From a virus (Duplodnaviria; Caudoviricetes), in IMG/VR virus record IMGVR_UViG_3300032260_000008, positions 1 to 48,288 of that record: a stretch of DNA of 48,288 nt; one strand, given 5' to 3'. Below the pieces are notes generated by a model. It was not told where the DNA came from. It did no database searches and saw nothing but the letters and a program-made list of their open reading frames with translations. Both the position numbers and the translations under genes were made by a program. This document shows, in pieces, positions 38,593-47,218 of the stretch (positions within the stretch are counted from its first letter, which is position 1; every line of letters begins with the position of its first letter).

Positions 38593-39386
38593 GAAATCCT
38601 ATTTTAAAATTAAAAGACCCGTACATGGAAGGACCTGCGGTCGCTAGACTTCAAGAGCTTATACAACCTCCACAACAAAACCTTTTGGTTGATGGTATCT
38701 TTGGGCCTATCACACATGTACGTGTAAAACGTTTGCAAAGTCTAGCAGGTTTAACTGTAGATGGTATTGTGGGTCCTAGAACGTGGGGTTCTATAGATGC
38801 ACCTAGGATAATTGATTTATCAGAGGGGCACCACAAGCCCCCTGCACTTGCAAGTGACAAACATCCCTATAGGACCTGGAATGTTATCCACGGTGTAACA
38901 GTGCATCAGACAGGTTGTAGACTTTCCCCTCACCATGATAGATGGGGTCGAGTTAACGCACACATCCTCATGCCTCGAAGTGGTGGCCTGGTGCTTCTTA
39001 ACGATCCTACTATGGTTATTTGGCACGCTCATGGGCTTTCCATGAATACCATTGGCGTTGAATTTGAAGGTAATTTTGAGGGCATTCAATACCTATTAAA
39101 AACGTTATGGGGCCATGAAGACGGGGCGGTGCCTGACTATTTAACTAAAGAGCAGATGGCATCTATACCGCTTCTAATCAAACATCTCACTGAGGAGTTT
39201 GACGCGCACGACCAACCCCTTTCAATGGTACAAGCGCACCGTCAAAGTAGTGAAAGCCGCCCCCACGATCCAGGTTCTCAGATATGGCAAAGTTTTGCTT
39301 TACCGCTTCGTAAAGAAATAGGAGTGAAACACGGACTAATAACTACTTGGGGATCTGGTCAAACTATCCCTAAAGGATGGAGTTGA
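38589..39386 (+). CDS. Endolysin: peptidoglycan-binding domain plus N-acetylmuramoyl-L-alanine amidase
   Basis: VDGIFGP/VDGIVGPRTW binding repeats; VHQT, WHA, IGVEFEG, AHRQ..DPG amidase_2 motifs. Confidence 0.88.
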   Translation: MRNPILKLKDPYMEGPAVARLQELIQPPQQNLLVDGIFGPITHVRVKRLQSLAGLTVDGIVGPRTWGSIDAPRIIDLSEGHHKPPALASDKHPYRTWNVIHGVTVHQTGCRLSPHHDRWGRVNAHILMPRSGGLVLLNDPTMVIWHAHGLSMNTIGVEFEGNFEGIQYLLKTLWGHEDGAVPDYLTKEQMASIPLLIKHLTEEFDAHDQPLSMVQAHRQSSESRPHDPGSQIWQSFALPLRKEIGVKHGLITTWGSGQTIPKGWS

Positions 39387-39390
39387 AATA

Positions 39391-39663
39391 ATGAATTTAA
39401 GTGATATTTATTTTTTCATTAAGCCGGTTAAAAACCACTCTTCTCAATGCGTTTTTGCGTTTTTATTTGAGGAGAATTTCATGAGTCCATTACCAGACGG
39501 TTTTGAGATTCTAGAGGAATCCGGTTTGGTCACAAGGCGTGGACGTACAGGGCGTGTCTTGGTGGTAGAAGCTAACATTAAATTACTCGATAAGTGGTTG
39601 GATGACTTAAAAAGAATTTCGGTTCTAAGCGACCTTGGCGAATGGGTGGAGGTGACAGGATGA
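39391..39663 (+). CDS. Hypothetical protein
   Basis: ORF in operon; real start may be ATG at 39481 (GAGGAG SD). Confidence 0.5.
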   Translation: MNLSDIYFFIKPVKNHSSQCVFAFLFEENFMSPLPDGFEILEESGLVTRRGRTGRVLVVEANIKLLDKWLDDLKRISVLSDLGEWVEVTG

Positions 39664-40043
39664 AAGACTTGATAGATACCGCACCTGAATTCGTGAAAGC
39701 ATGGTTAAAGGAGGCCATGGAAGAACGAACTATGTGGATGTGGAAAGCAATTGAACAATCCGATCCGGAAATGTTTATGGACCTACTAACAGAACGTATC
39801 AAAGAAGGGAATTACCACCCATGGCAAGCAATAGGTGCTATCCCTGAAGACGACCGAATACAGGCCATACTTCACTACATGGATGAATTCGAGGAAAGTA
39901 AAGAGGGCTCAAAGTGGCTTGAGGAACATACCATTTCTCAAGTTGATGATTTGGAAACTCTCATACAAGAGTATGGGGTTGAGTGGGTGCTTGATCAAAT
40001 AGATACGTACCGCAAAAACACAGAAGTGGGGTACCCTAAATGA
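39660..40043 (+). CDS. Hypothetical acidic protein
   Basis: GGAGG SD, ATGA coupling. Confidence 0.6.
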   Translation: MKDLIDTAPEFVKAWLKEAMEERTMWMWKAIEQSDPEMFMDLLTERIKEGNYHPWQAIGAIPEDDRIQAILHYMDEFEESKEGSKWLEEHTISQVDDLETLIQEYGVEWVLDQIDTYRKNTEVGYPK

Positions 40044-40516
40044 TTTTAGACCAATGGGCGCTACAATGGGGGATATCCCCCGAAGCTGTAAACCACTTGC
40101 GAACTATGATAATAATGAGCGACCCCACGGACTTGAAGGAAAGGACGGGGCAAAGTGAAGCTTCAGTACAACAAGAAACTAGGATTGAAGCCACTGAAAA
40201 AGGTTGTCGTCTGTGGCGTAATAACGTGGGTGCTTTTTTTGACGATAGAGGCGTGCCAGTACGTTACGGCCTATGTAACGAATCTAAAAAAATTAACAAA
40301 CAACTTAAGTCATCAGACTTAATCGGAATCAGACCCATACGCATACAACCGCATCATACGGGTACTATCATTGGTCAATTTATGGCGAGGGAAACAAAGG
40401 AAGGCGACTGGGTGTATAGAGGCACGGAAAGAGAAAAAGCGCAATTAGCGTTTTTAAAATTGGTAATAGGAATGGGCGGAGACGCTCGTTTTGCATGTGG
40501 AAGGGGGACGATATGA
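40040..40516 (+). CDS. VRR-NUC domain nuclease
   Basis: EASVQ, LWRNNVG, VRYGL, SSDLIG, ETK, Q..FL..V..MGG. Confidence 0.85.
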   Translation: MILDQWALQWGISPEAVNHLRTMIIMSDPTDLKERTGQSEASVQQETRIEATEKGCRLWRNNVGAFFDDRGVPVRYGLCNESKKINKQLKSSDLIGIRPIRIQPHHTGTIIGQFMARETKEGDWVYRGTEREKAQLAFLKLVIGMGGDARFACGRGTI

Positions 40517-41025
40517 GTATTGAAAGGCCAAGGACACATAAGATAAAATGTAACACTTGCGAAGCCATATGCTTATACACGCAAGAAGAGTTTGAGAAAA
40601 CTTCCGATGATGTCATAGATTGCATTAATTGTGGTAGTGGAATTAAAAAATATCATGTTTCCATAAAATGCCTTATGTGCGGTATTTATTGTATGGATAT
40701 AAAACACCATGTATGCAAGCCGAAGTTCGCACCACCCCCGATGCCCAAGTCACAATGTTTGAGGGGTAAAACGCCTTTCCATTTGTTAGATCTTGACTTT
40801 GCTGTTGACATGTGCGTCAATTACGCAGAAGGCGTCAAGGATGGACGCAAAGAAAACGGATGGAAAGACATGAAATGGACGCCCGAAATTGAAGCCGAGT
40901 ATAAGGCAAAGATACTTAGGCACCTTCACGGATTTGAAAAAACTCACGATGTTAAAAACCTTGCGGCTATCGCATGCAACGCAAATATTATTTCATATCA
41001 CACAAAGAAACAGAGGGAACAATGA
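40513..41025 (+). CDS. Zn-finger plus dATP/dGTP diphosphohydrolase-like (DUF5664-like) protein
   Basis: Three CxxC; GKTPFHLL, YAEG.K, NGWK, ILRHL, LAAIACNA pattern. Confidence 0.55.
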   Translation: MSIERPRTHKIKCNTCEAICLYTQEEFEKTSDDVIDCINCGSGIKKYHVSIKCLMCGIYCMDIKHHVCKPKFAPPPMPKSQCLRGKTPFHLLDLDFAVDMCVNYAEGVKDGRKENGWKDMKWTPEIEAEYKAKILRHLHGFEKTHDVKNLAAIACNANIISYHTKKQREQ

Positions 41026-41336
41026 GAGTACGAGACAGGATAGAACCGGGTTTGAGAAAATCCCAATTGATAAACGCTGCTATGGATGTTGCACGCGAAA
41101 ACCACTATAAAATGCTCACGCGACGGATGATAGCAGATGAACTAGACGTAGCCCCCTCGCTAGTTACACACTACCTGGGACCTATATCAGACATAAAGGA
41201 TTTGGTTGTAAACAAGGCCATTCAACGGGAAGATTTGAAAATTCTCGCCCAAGCGATAGCGGATGAGCACTATTTAACCCTCAAGGTTTCCAAAGAGTTA
41301 CGTGAAAAAGTAAGAAAAAAATATTACTCTTGTTGA
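41022..41336 (+). CDS. TetR-like HTH DNA-binding protein
   Basis: RKSQLINAAMDVA..LTRRMIADELDVAPSLVTHYL. Confidence 0.75.
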   Translation: MRVRDRIEPGLRKSQLINAAMDVARENHYKMLTRRMIADELDVAPSLVTHYLGPISDIKDLVVNKAIQREDLKILAQAIADEHYLTLKVSKELREKVRKKYYSC

Positions 41337-41361
41337 CACCTACGTCAATAAGGATTAATCT
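41331..41361 (+). promoter_or_regulatory. Promoter TTGACA-17-TAATCT with overlapping TTGAC-N6-GTCAA operator
   Basis: Consensus spacing; palindrome shared with 4545-4564. Confidence 0.7.
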
Positions 41362-41394
41362 ATTTGTAAATTCACTATTTGAAAGGAAATCGTC

Positions 41395-42657
41395 ATGGTC
41401 ATTTGTAAAGATTGCTTGTACGGGGAATACAAGGGGGGTAAGCCTATAAGTCGTGTAATCTGCGAAAATAAGAGCTTAAAGATGCTAGAGAGTGTTCAAG
41501 CGATTGATAAGAGCCTTTGCAGAAGTCCCAAGGTTACTAATTCCATTAAAGAACGTGATTTTGTCATGGGGTTTTTTAAGGTTTGTTACGAAAAGGATAT
41601 TTTGTGCAAAGACATAAACGCTAATGGTGATTGCGACATGTACAAGCCGCACTCAAACATCGCGGACCTTATAGCGCAACAAGAAGCAAAACACACAAGA
41701 GATTTTCTTAAAAGAGTTGAGATAGAGCGAAGGAAAAACATTCAGAAGTACGTTAAAATAGTGCTATCCGTAATCATAGCTATAATCATAGCTGTTTTTA
41801 GTTCTTTAATAATTGGTTGCGTAGAAAGCCCCATGAATATGGAGAATTACGATGATACAGAAGGATTTGAAACGAGTCTTCTTAGTAATGGCTTTGAATC
41901 TTCTGATACTTTATTTTTTAGGGCCGATACAACCTTGGATACTGATAGCGGTGCCAGTAGTGACAATCCTACAGATAGTAGTGATTATTCAACTGATACG
42001 GAATCTGAAACTAGCCAAGGAGATACAGAAACTCAAAGCGGAGATACAGAAGAAGCACCAGCAACTTGGAGTTGTTCAAATACCCCGTGGCAAGATACGT
42101 GCATAGAGTACAGTAGTGAATACGCTACAATTGAAGGTGTGATGGCAGCCTGCGGGGATTCCTTTTTAGGTGCCGTTTCTTGCAATATGGAGGGGGTAAT
42201 TGCAACGGAAATAAACATACATTATTTAGATGGCATTTGGATGCATCGCTTTCACCACAGTGGGGGCGCTAGGTACACAGCCAAAAGTAATGAATTGCTA
42301 CTCAGGTACAACCAATGTGAGAATGACGATAATTGCATATGGGAGTTCCACAACATAAACGAGGCCCTTTGGAAATGTGAAGACGCATACAAATGCGTTG
42401 AATACTCTGAAAATTACTTCTCTTCTGAGGATGTGCAGGCCGTTTGCCCTGGGGCCACTTTAGGGGCCTGTTCATCTTCTGGGAATATAGCAACAGCTGA
42501 TTACATCTCCACAGTAGGAGCACAGAAGCAAAAAGAGTTTTATAAAGATGTGGCTTACTACAACCAATACGGTAGTAACCTGCAGAGCGAGTGGGAAACA
42601 TGCGAGGCCTACGGTTGGCTTTGCTTTTGGGAAGGATACGAGGGGTCAACATGGTAG
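41395..42657 (+). CDS. Single-pass membrane protein with Cys-rich duplicated extracytoplasmic domain
   Basis: Cys-containing N-domain, TM IVLSVIIAIIIAVFSSLIIGC, D/S/T linker, two W.C..C.EYS..Y..V.A.C repeats; AAAGGA SD. Confidence 0.65.
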   Translation: MVICKDCLYGEYKGGKPISRVICENKSLKMLESVQAIDKSLCRSPKVTNSIKERDFVMGFFKVCYEKDILCKDINANGDCDMYKPHSNIADLIAQQEAKHTRDFLKRVEIERRKNIQKYVKIVLSVIIAIIIAVFSSLIIGCVESPMNMENYDDTEGFETSLLSNGFESSDTLFFRADTTLDTDSGASSDNPTDSSDYSTDTESETSQGDTETQSGDTEEAPATWSCSNTPWQDTCIEYSSEYATIEGVMAACGDSFLGAVSCNMEGVIATEINIHYLDGIWMHRFHHSGGARYTAKSNELLLRYNQCENDDNCIWEFHNINEALWKCEDAYKCVEYSENYFSSEDVQAVCPGATLGACSSSGNIATADYISTVGAQKQKEFYKDVAYYNQYGSNLQSEWETCEAYGWLCFWEGYEGSTW

Positions 42658-42875
42658 TTTTAGTCGAACATGAAAAACACAACGAAGTTATTTTGGGCAA
42701 GCCTGATACTATACAGAAAAAAGTTGTTTCTTACATCTCTAAAGCGGACATTTCAGAAGAAGAGTTTATAACAATATCTGTGAGAAACCCCTATGAACCG
42801 GATAGGCGTCCCTTAATAGGGAAAAGGGAGACTATTTTAAGAGCAGCTTCTAAACACCAACTTTTTGAAATCTAA
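42651..42875 (+). CDS. Hypothetical protein
   Basis: GAGGGG SD before ATG at 42651. Confidence 0.55.
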   Translation: MVVLVEHEKHNEVILGKPDTIQKKVVSYISKADISEEEFITISVRNPYEPDRRPLIGKRETILRAASKHQLFEI

Positions 42876-42889
42876 AAACTGAGTAAAAA

Positions 42890-45172
42890 ATGAGTATACC
42901 AGATCTAGCAATATACTTGGCGTCCGCCCACGTGCCTGTATTCCCGCTCAATGGGGACAATTCACCATTTACCATCAATGGCCACAAAGACGCAAATCTA
43001 ACTCCAAATCTCATCAATTGGCCGTGCCATAGGGTAGGTGTCCCTATACCCGAAGGGATAATTGTTGTGGACATTGACGCACACAAGTCAATGGACACCT
43101 CAAAAGCCGAAGCTGTATTGGGGGTTCTAGATTGGAATGGCGCCTTCCTGCAAAACACTAAGCGTGGGGGTGACCATTATGCGTTTAGAATACCATTGGG
43201 TGCCAAAGTGCGCCAGGGTTCAGACTTATTCAAAGCAGCCATAGGGAAGGGCCTCGACACTCGTGTGGCGGGCAAAGGGTACATAGCCACTGGTACTGAC
43301 TATCCGCAAGGACCAAATGGGGGTATTCTAAAACTGTCTACTCCCATGTTTTTGCCTGAACTGACTCCTCATGCCGCCGCTCAATTGGCCACCAAGCGCA
43401 AGACTGCTACTATAGTAACCTCACCTCCAGGCACAGCTAACCCTGAGGAGGTGCGCTCAGCATTGTTTCACTTAGGGGAAGAATTCTACAGTGAGCGGGA
43501 TATGTGGTTTCGTTGTGGCATGGCAGTTAAACACGGGCTTGGAGATGCTGGCTACGAGATATGGGATGAGTGGGCACAACAAAGCCCTAAATATGGTGAT
43601 ACGGGCGCGGGTGTTTGGAACAGTTTCGACTCAAAAAGAGATGAACGAATAGTAGTTGATTGGTTGTTTAGAAAAGCTCTTGATAGGGGTTGGAATCGAG
43701 CACCTTTTGTATTCGGAAGTAGCCCTCTCCCTGAAGGATCATTTCTTCAGACCCCTATGATTACTGAACTAAATTTAAAATCAGAGGCCTTAACCGATAC
43801 GACACCCGATGTAACACCCATAAGAACCGGTGTTCAATTCATGCCCACCGAAATGCAATTGAAGTATTTTGAGGGGTGCTATTTTGTGAATGATGAAGCG
43901 GGGGTTTTCATCCCAGATGGTTCGATTCTGAAAAAAGAGCAATTTAAAGTGCGCTATGGAGGGTACACGTTTTGGCTCGATTCCAATGGAGAAAAAACAA
44001 CTCGTGACGCATACGAAGCTTTTACACTCTCACAGGCAAACCCACTTAGATGGGTGCACTACACGACTTTTCAACCGAGTCTACCTTTGGGCCATATAGT
44101 TTCCAAAACACTGCCCAATGGTGCTGTCCAAACTGCCATCAATGTATATCAACCTATGCACGGCGAAAAAATTCAAGGGGATGTAACACCTTTTCTAGTA
44201 CATATCTCCAAATTGTTACCGATACCTAGGGACCAAGAAATTCTACTTTCATATTTAGCTGCTTTGATCCAAATGCCAGGTGTCAAATTTCAGTGGTGCC
44301 CACTAATTCAAGGCGTAGAGGGTAACGGGAAAACCGTATTTTATAGAGCTTTAGAACACGCAATAGGCACCACTCATTGCCATCTTCTTGACCCTAAAGA
44401 CAAACTCGAATTTACTGCATGGGTGGAAGGTAATTTGCTTGTAGGTGTGGAAGAGATAAAAATAGCTGGGAGACATGACGCCGCCGACGCTTTCAAACCA
44501 CTCATCACAAATGAGAGGGTGCCAACCCAGAAAAAAGGAGTTGATCAAAAAACGGGCGATAATTTCGCAAATTTCATCATGACCTCAAACCACAAGGATG
44601 CTGTTCTCAAAACTGCCAATGACAGAAGATATTGCACTTTCTACACAGCCCAACAAAGCATTGACGACCTAGTCAGGGACGGAATGGACGATACGTACTT
44701 CCAAAACTTCTACAGATGGCTTAGAGAAGGCGGATACGCTCATATCGCGTATTACCTGTCACAATACCCCATCTCCGTGAATGTGACGGGTAGAGCGCCC
44801 ACTACAAGCAGTACGTTTGAATCCCTCACAGCATCATTGGGTGTGGCTGAGCAAATACTTATAGACGCTATTGATTTAGAAAAACCCGGTTTTGGTGATT
44901 TGATTTGCACACAAGATGTTGCCAGTTTATTGGCTGAACATGGCAAAAAACTTGGACCAAATCGCATTGTACAGATACTAGAAATGATAGGGTATATACG
45001 ACACCCTTTTCTAACTAGGGACAGCGGACGTATGAGTATAGACGGTAAAAAACGTAGAATATACGTTAAAAAAGGCTCAAACGCTGAATTACTGAGGGAT
45101 CATTTACAAATAAAAGAGCTTTTTAAGCAAATACAAATACCAATAAAAACTATTGGACCAATAACTAACTGA
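42890..45172 (+). CDS. Primase-polymerase with PriCT-2 domain and SF3-type helicase
   Basis: VFPL, VVDID, TKRGGDHY, LDTR..GYI (prim-pol); WFRCGMAVK..WDEWAQQSPKY (PriCT-2); GVEGNGKT, VEEI, TSN, DRRY. Confidence 0.9.
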   Translation: MSIPDLAIYLASAHVPVFPLNGDNSPFTINGHKDANLTPNLINWPCHRVGVPIPEGIIVVDIDAHKSMDTSKAEAVLGVLDWNGAFLQNTKRGGDHYAFRIPLGAKVRQGSDLFKAAIGKGLDTRVAGKGYIATGTDYPQGPNGGILKLSTPMFLPELTPHAAAQLATKRKTATIVTSPPGTANPEEVRSALFHLGEEFYSERDMWFRCGMAVKHGLGDAGYEIWDEWAQQSPKYGDTGAGVWNSFDSKRDERIVVDWLFRKALDRGWNRAPFVFGSSPLPEGSFLQTPMITELNLKSEALTDTTPDVTPIRTGVQFMPTEMQLKYFEGCYFVNDEAGVFIPDGSILKKEQFKVRYGGYTFWLDSNGEKTTRDAYEAFTLSQANPLRWVHYTTFQPSLPLGHIVSKTLPNGAVQTAINVYQPMHGEKIQGDVTPFLVHISKLLPIPRDQEILLSYLAALIQMPGVKFQWCPLIQGVEGNGKTVFYRALEHAIGTTHCHLLDPKDKLEFTAWVEGNLLVGVEEIKIAGRHDAADAFKPLITNERVPTQKKGVDQKTGDNFANFIMTSNHKDAVLKTANDRRYCTFYTAQQSIDDLVRDGMDDTYFQNFYRWLREGGYAHIAYYLSQYPISVNVTGRAPTTSSTFESLTASLGVAEQILIDAIDLEKPGFGDLICTQDVASLLAEHGKKLGPNRIVQILEMIGYIRHPFLTRDSGRMSIDGKKRRIYVKKGSNAELLRDHLQIKELFKQIQIPIKTIGPITN

Positions 45173-45185
45173 AAGGATTTTTAAG

Positions 45186-45350
45186 ATGGATGCTATGGAT
45201 AAAGCACTTTTTGAGGGTTCAATGAAGGCCCATTTAAAAATGATAACAAAGTTTCTCCCACTAGGGGTAAATTTCACACTAGAGTTTATTTACAAACCGG
45301 GGGAAGTTAAAGCAATCGTTAAGCAGATAGGAGATAAAGATAATGGATGA
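45186..45350 (+). CDS. Small hypothetical protein (54 aa; below the track cutoff)
   Basis: AAAGGA SD, open to TGA at 45350. Confidence 0.45.
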   Translation: MDAMDKALFEGSMKAHLKMITKFLPLGVNFTLEFIYKPGEVKAIVKQIGDKDNG

Positions 45351-45510
45351 ATTAGTCTTAGATTTTACCAAAACCGAAACGTCTGAGTTTGAGGATTTCC
45401 TATTAGAAAACACAAATCATACTAGAGAAGAATTGGCATCTATGACAAGAGGTGAGATTCAATTACTTTGGCTTGACTATGCTTTTGGGGGCGGGGTTAA
45501 AAGTAGGTAA
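45343..45510 (+). CDS. Small hypothetical protein (55 aa; below the track cutoff)
   Basis: AGGAG SD, overlaps the previous stop. Confidence 0.45.
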   Translation: MDELVLDFTKTETSEFEDFLLENTNHTREELASMTRGEIQLLWLDYAFGGGVKSR

Positions 45511-45717
45511 ATTCTCAACCTTGAATTTAAGCTCTATATCTGCAGGGGGCGTTGGTTTCATGACCTCCGTTTGTATTGTAACTTTTTGAACTAAATACCC
45601 CAAGTCACTTTTGCCTATAGCCTTTTTAACAGCATCTTCCATACTCTCAAAAAGTATTCGTAAATCCCTGGCAAACTCTCCATCTAATGTTACTTCTGCT
45701 ATCCTTCCACTTTTCAT
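45463..45717 (-). CDS. Hypothetical protein (leftward early operon)
   Basis: AAGGGA SD. Confidence 0.55.
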   Translation of the reverse strand: MKSGRIAEVTLDGEFARDLRILFESMEDAVKKAIGKSDLGYLVQKVTIQTEVMKPTPPADIELKFKVENLPTFNPAPKSIVKPK

Positions 45718-45752
45718 TTTATCCCTTCTTTCTGGTTTAATAAAACCATCGT

Positions 45753-46085
45753 TTAGGCCAATCTAGAGAATTCAGGGTTCATTATCAGTGCACCGAAATT
45801 TTCATACAAATAATGGTCGTTTAGCTCATGCCCTTTTTCGTTCAAGTGCCGTTCTATCTCATTCGCGTCGTAGTTTTCAGCGGCATAGTCCTGGTCTTTT
45901 TCGTCGCCCCAGAAACATTCTTCTGAATAGGGAATTGAAACAGTGAATTCGTCATTTTTACTATGCGTTTGAATACAGAATAATTTATTTATTTGTATGT
46001 TACAACTATACGAGTACGTATCAGTCGTAGCACAATAGTAATCAAATATCTGTACATCAGTTATCTCAAAAGTTAGATTTTCCAT
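45753..46085 (-). CDS. Acidic hypothetical protein (leftward early operon)
   Basis: GGAG SD; Asp/Glu-rich. Confidence 0.6.
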   Translation of the reverse strand: MENLTFEITDVQIFDYYCATTDTYSYSCNIQINKLFCIQTHSKNDEFTVSIPYSEECFWGDEKDQDYAAENYDANEIERHLNEKGHELNDHYLYENFGALIMNPEFSRLA

Positions 46086-46099
46086 TATTTCTCCATTAG

Positions 46100-46303
46100 T
46101 TAGTTAGTTAGTTTGTATTCTTTATCTTCCTGCAGCTTCCTATACTCAAGGCGCCTTAATTGCCAAGCAGTACGGGGTGCTATTTCACGCTTACCTGAGC
46201 GCATAAATTCAACCATACGAGTTGACAGGAAAAGCCCTTCTGCAAGTTTCTCATTCGTCAACCCAAGAAATTCTTGTGTTTTCTTAAATTCGTCTTTTGT
46301 CAT
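46100..46303 (-). CDS. Small XRE/Cro-like HTH regulator
   Basis: LGLTNEKLAEGLFLSTRMVEFMRSGKREI; GGAGGG SD. Confidence 0.8.
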   Translation of the reverse strand: MTKDEFKKTQEFLGLTNEKLAEGLFLSTRMVEFMRSGKREIAPRTAWQLRRLEYRKLQEDKEYKLTN

Positions 46304-46307
46304 TTAT

Positions 46308-46556
46308 CTACCCTCCAATACCTAAAAATGCCCTAACACGCTTAGAAAAATTAACATGCCCATTCCATGATGATGTGCGTGTTTTGGCGATTATGTCCTT
46401 TTGGTTTCTAGACATTGAAGCACGTTCGGGATTATCCGAAAAAATGATTGTACAATTATCATCGCCGCGCCCTTTGTTATTGGCATACCAAAAATGAAGG
46501 TAACCATCATCAATTTTTACTGTTTTGGGTGCATGTTTTAGTTTTAAATTTGACAT
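46308..46556 (-). CDS. Hypothetical protein (leftward early operon)
   Basis: AAGGGA SD; coupled. Confidence 0.55.
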   Translation of the reverse strand: MSNLKLKHAPKTVKIDDGYLHFWYANNKGRGDDNCTIIFSDNPERASMSRNQKDIIAKTRTSSWNGHVNFSKRVRAFLGIGG

Positions 46557-46726
46557 TTTATTTCCCTTTCGTGTTTTACCAAGCCAAAACTATTATATGT
46601 TCCACCATATTCATCACAGTTCATGTAGTTCGCGTTTTCGGCTTGTTTTTCGCACTCTTGATTTGTTTCGCCCTCAAATATTCTAACAATTTCCATTGTG
46701 TCTGTATCATAGATGTAAAATCTCAT
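46544..46726 (-). CDS. Hypothetical protein, first gene of the leftward early operon
   Basis: GGGAG SD downstream of a strong promoter. Confidence 0.6.
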   Translation of the reverse strand: MRFYIYDTDTMEIVRIFEGETNQECEKQAENANYMNCDEYGGTYNSFGLVKHEREIKCQI

Positions 46727-46771
46727 TTTTTTTCTCCCTTTGTTATTGGCATATCAAGCCGCCTGATAAAG

Positions 46772-46800
46772 AATATAAGCCCTACTCAGTTCGGTGTCAA
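46772..46800 (-). promoter_or_regulatory. Strong sigma70-type early promoter TTGACA-17-TATATT
   Basis: Near-consensus hexamers and spacing, pointing into the small-gene operon. Confidence 0.75.
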
Positions 46801-47183
46801 GAAAAAAGATAGCCGCTTGAATAATTTTTATAGCCGCTTCATTTATTCTTGTGGCGGCTACGTGACGTATATAGCGGCTAAGTTCCCGCTACACTGCCCA
46901 CCCTAAATTGCCTGCCCCCCTGGGAGGCAGCCGTAACTTGTTAATATTGCTAAAGAAAGTACCATTTCTGCCTTCTGCCTCCCTTGTTGACTTCTTTCAT
47001 GCGTGCGCATGCATGTGCGTGCATATGCGTAGCGGCTATGTACATATAGCGGCTATATACTATTATACTACTCCCCACATTAATAAATAAGAGAGGCAAG
47101 AAGGCAGATAGGGAGTATGTACTTGCTTTTATTCACTTTTTGTCTGCCTGCCCTGGCGTTGCCTCCTTTGTATGGAAGGCAGT
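46801..47183. other. Candidate replication origin (non-coding, iteron-like repeats)
   Basis: TAGCCGCT in both orientations, CTGCC/GGCAG clusters, 34-nt RY alternation, AT-rich patches. Confidence 0.5.
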
Positions 47184-47212
47184 TTGCAAAATGTGCTAAA
47201 AATGTCTAAAAT
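47184..47212 (+). promoter_or_regulatory. Promoter TTGCAA-17-TAAAAT, probably leaderless
   Basis: -10 ends 6 nt before ATG 47219; no SD. Confidence 0.6.
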
Positions 47213-47218
47213 AAAAAT

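Noticed and set aside
46448-47090. Plus-strand ORFs 46448..46906 and 46908..47090
   Set aside because: They overlap the leftward operon, its promoter and the repeat-rich origin-like region; no SD and implausible composition.
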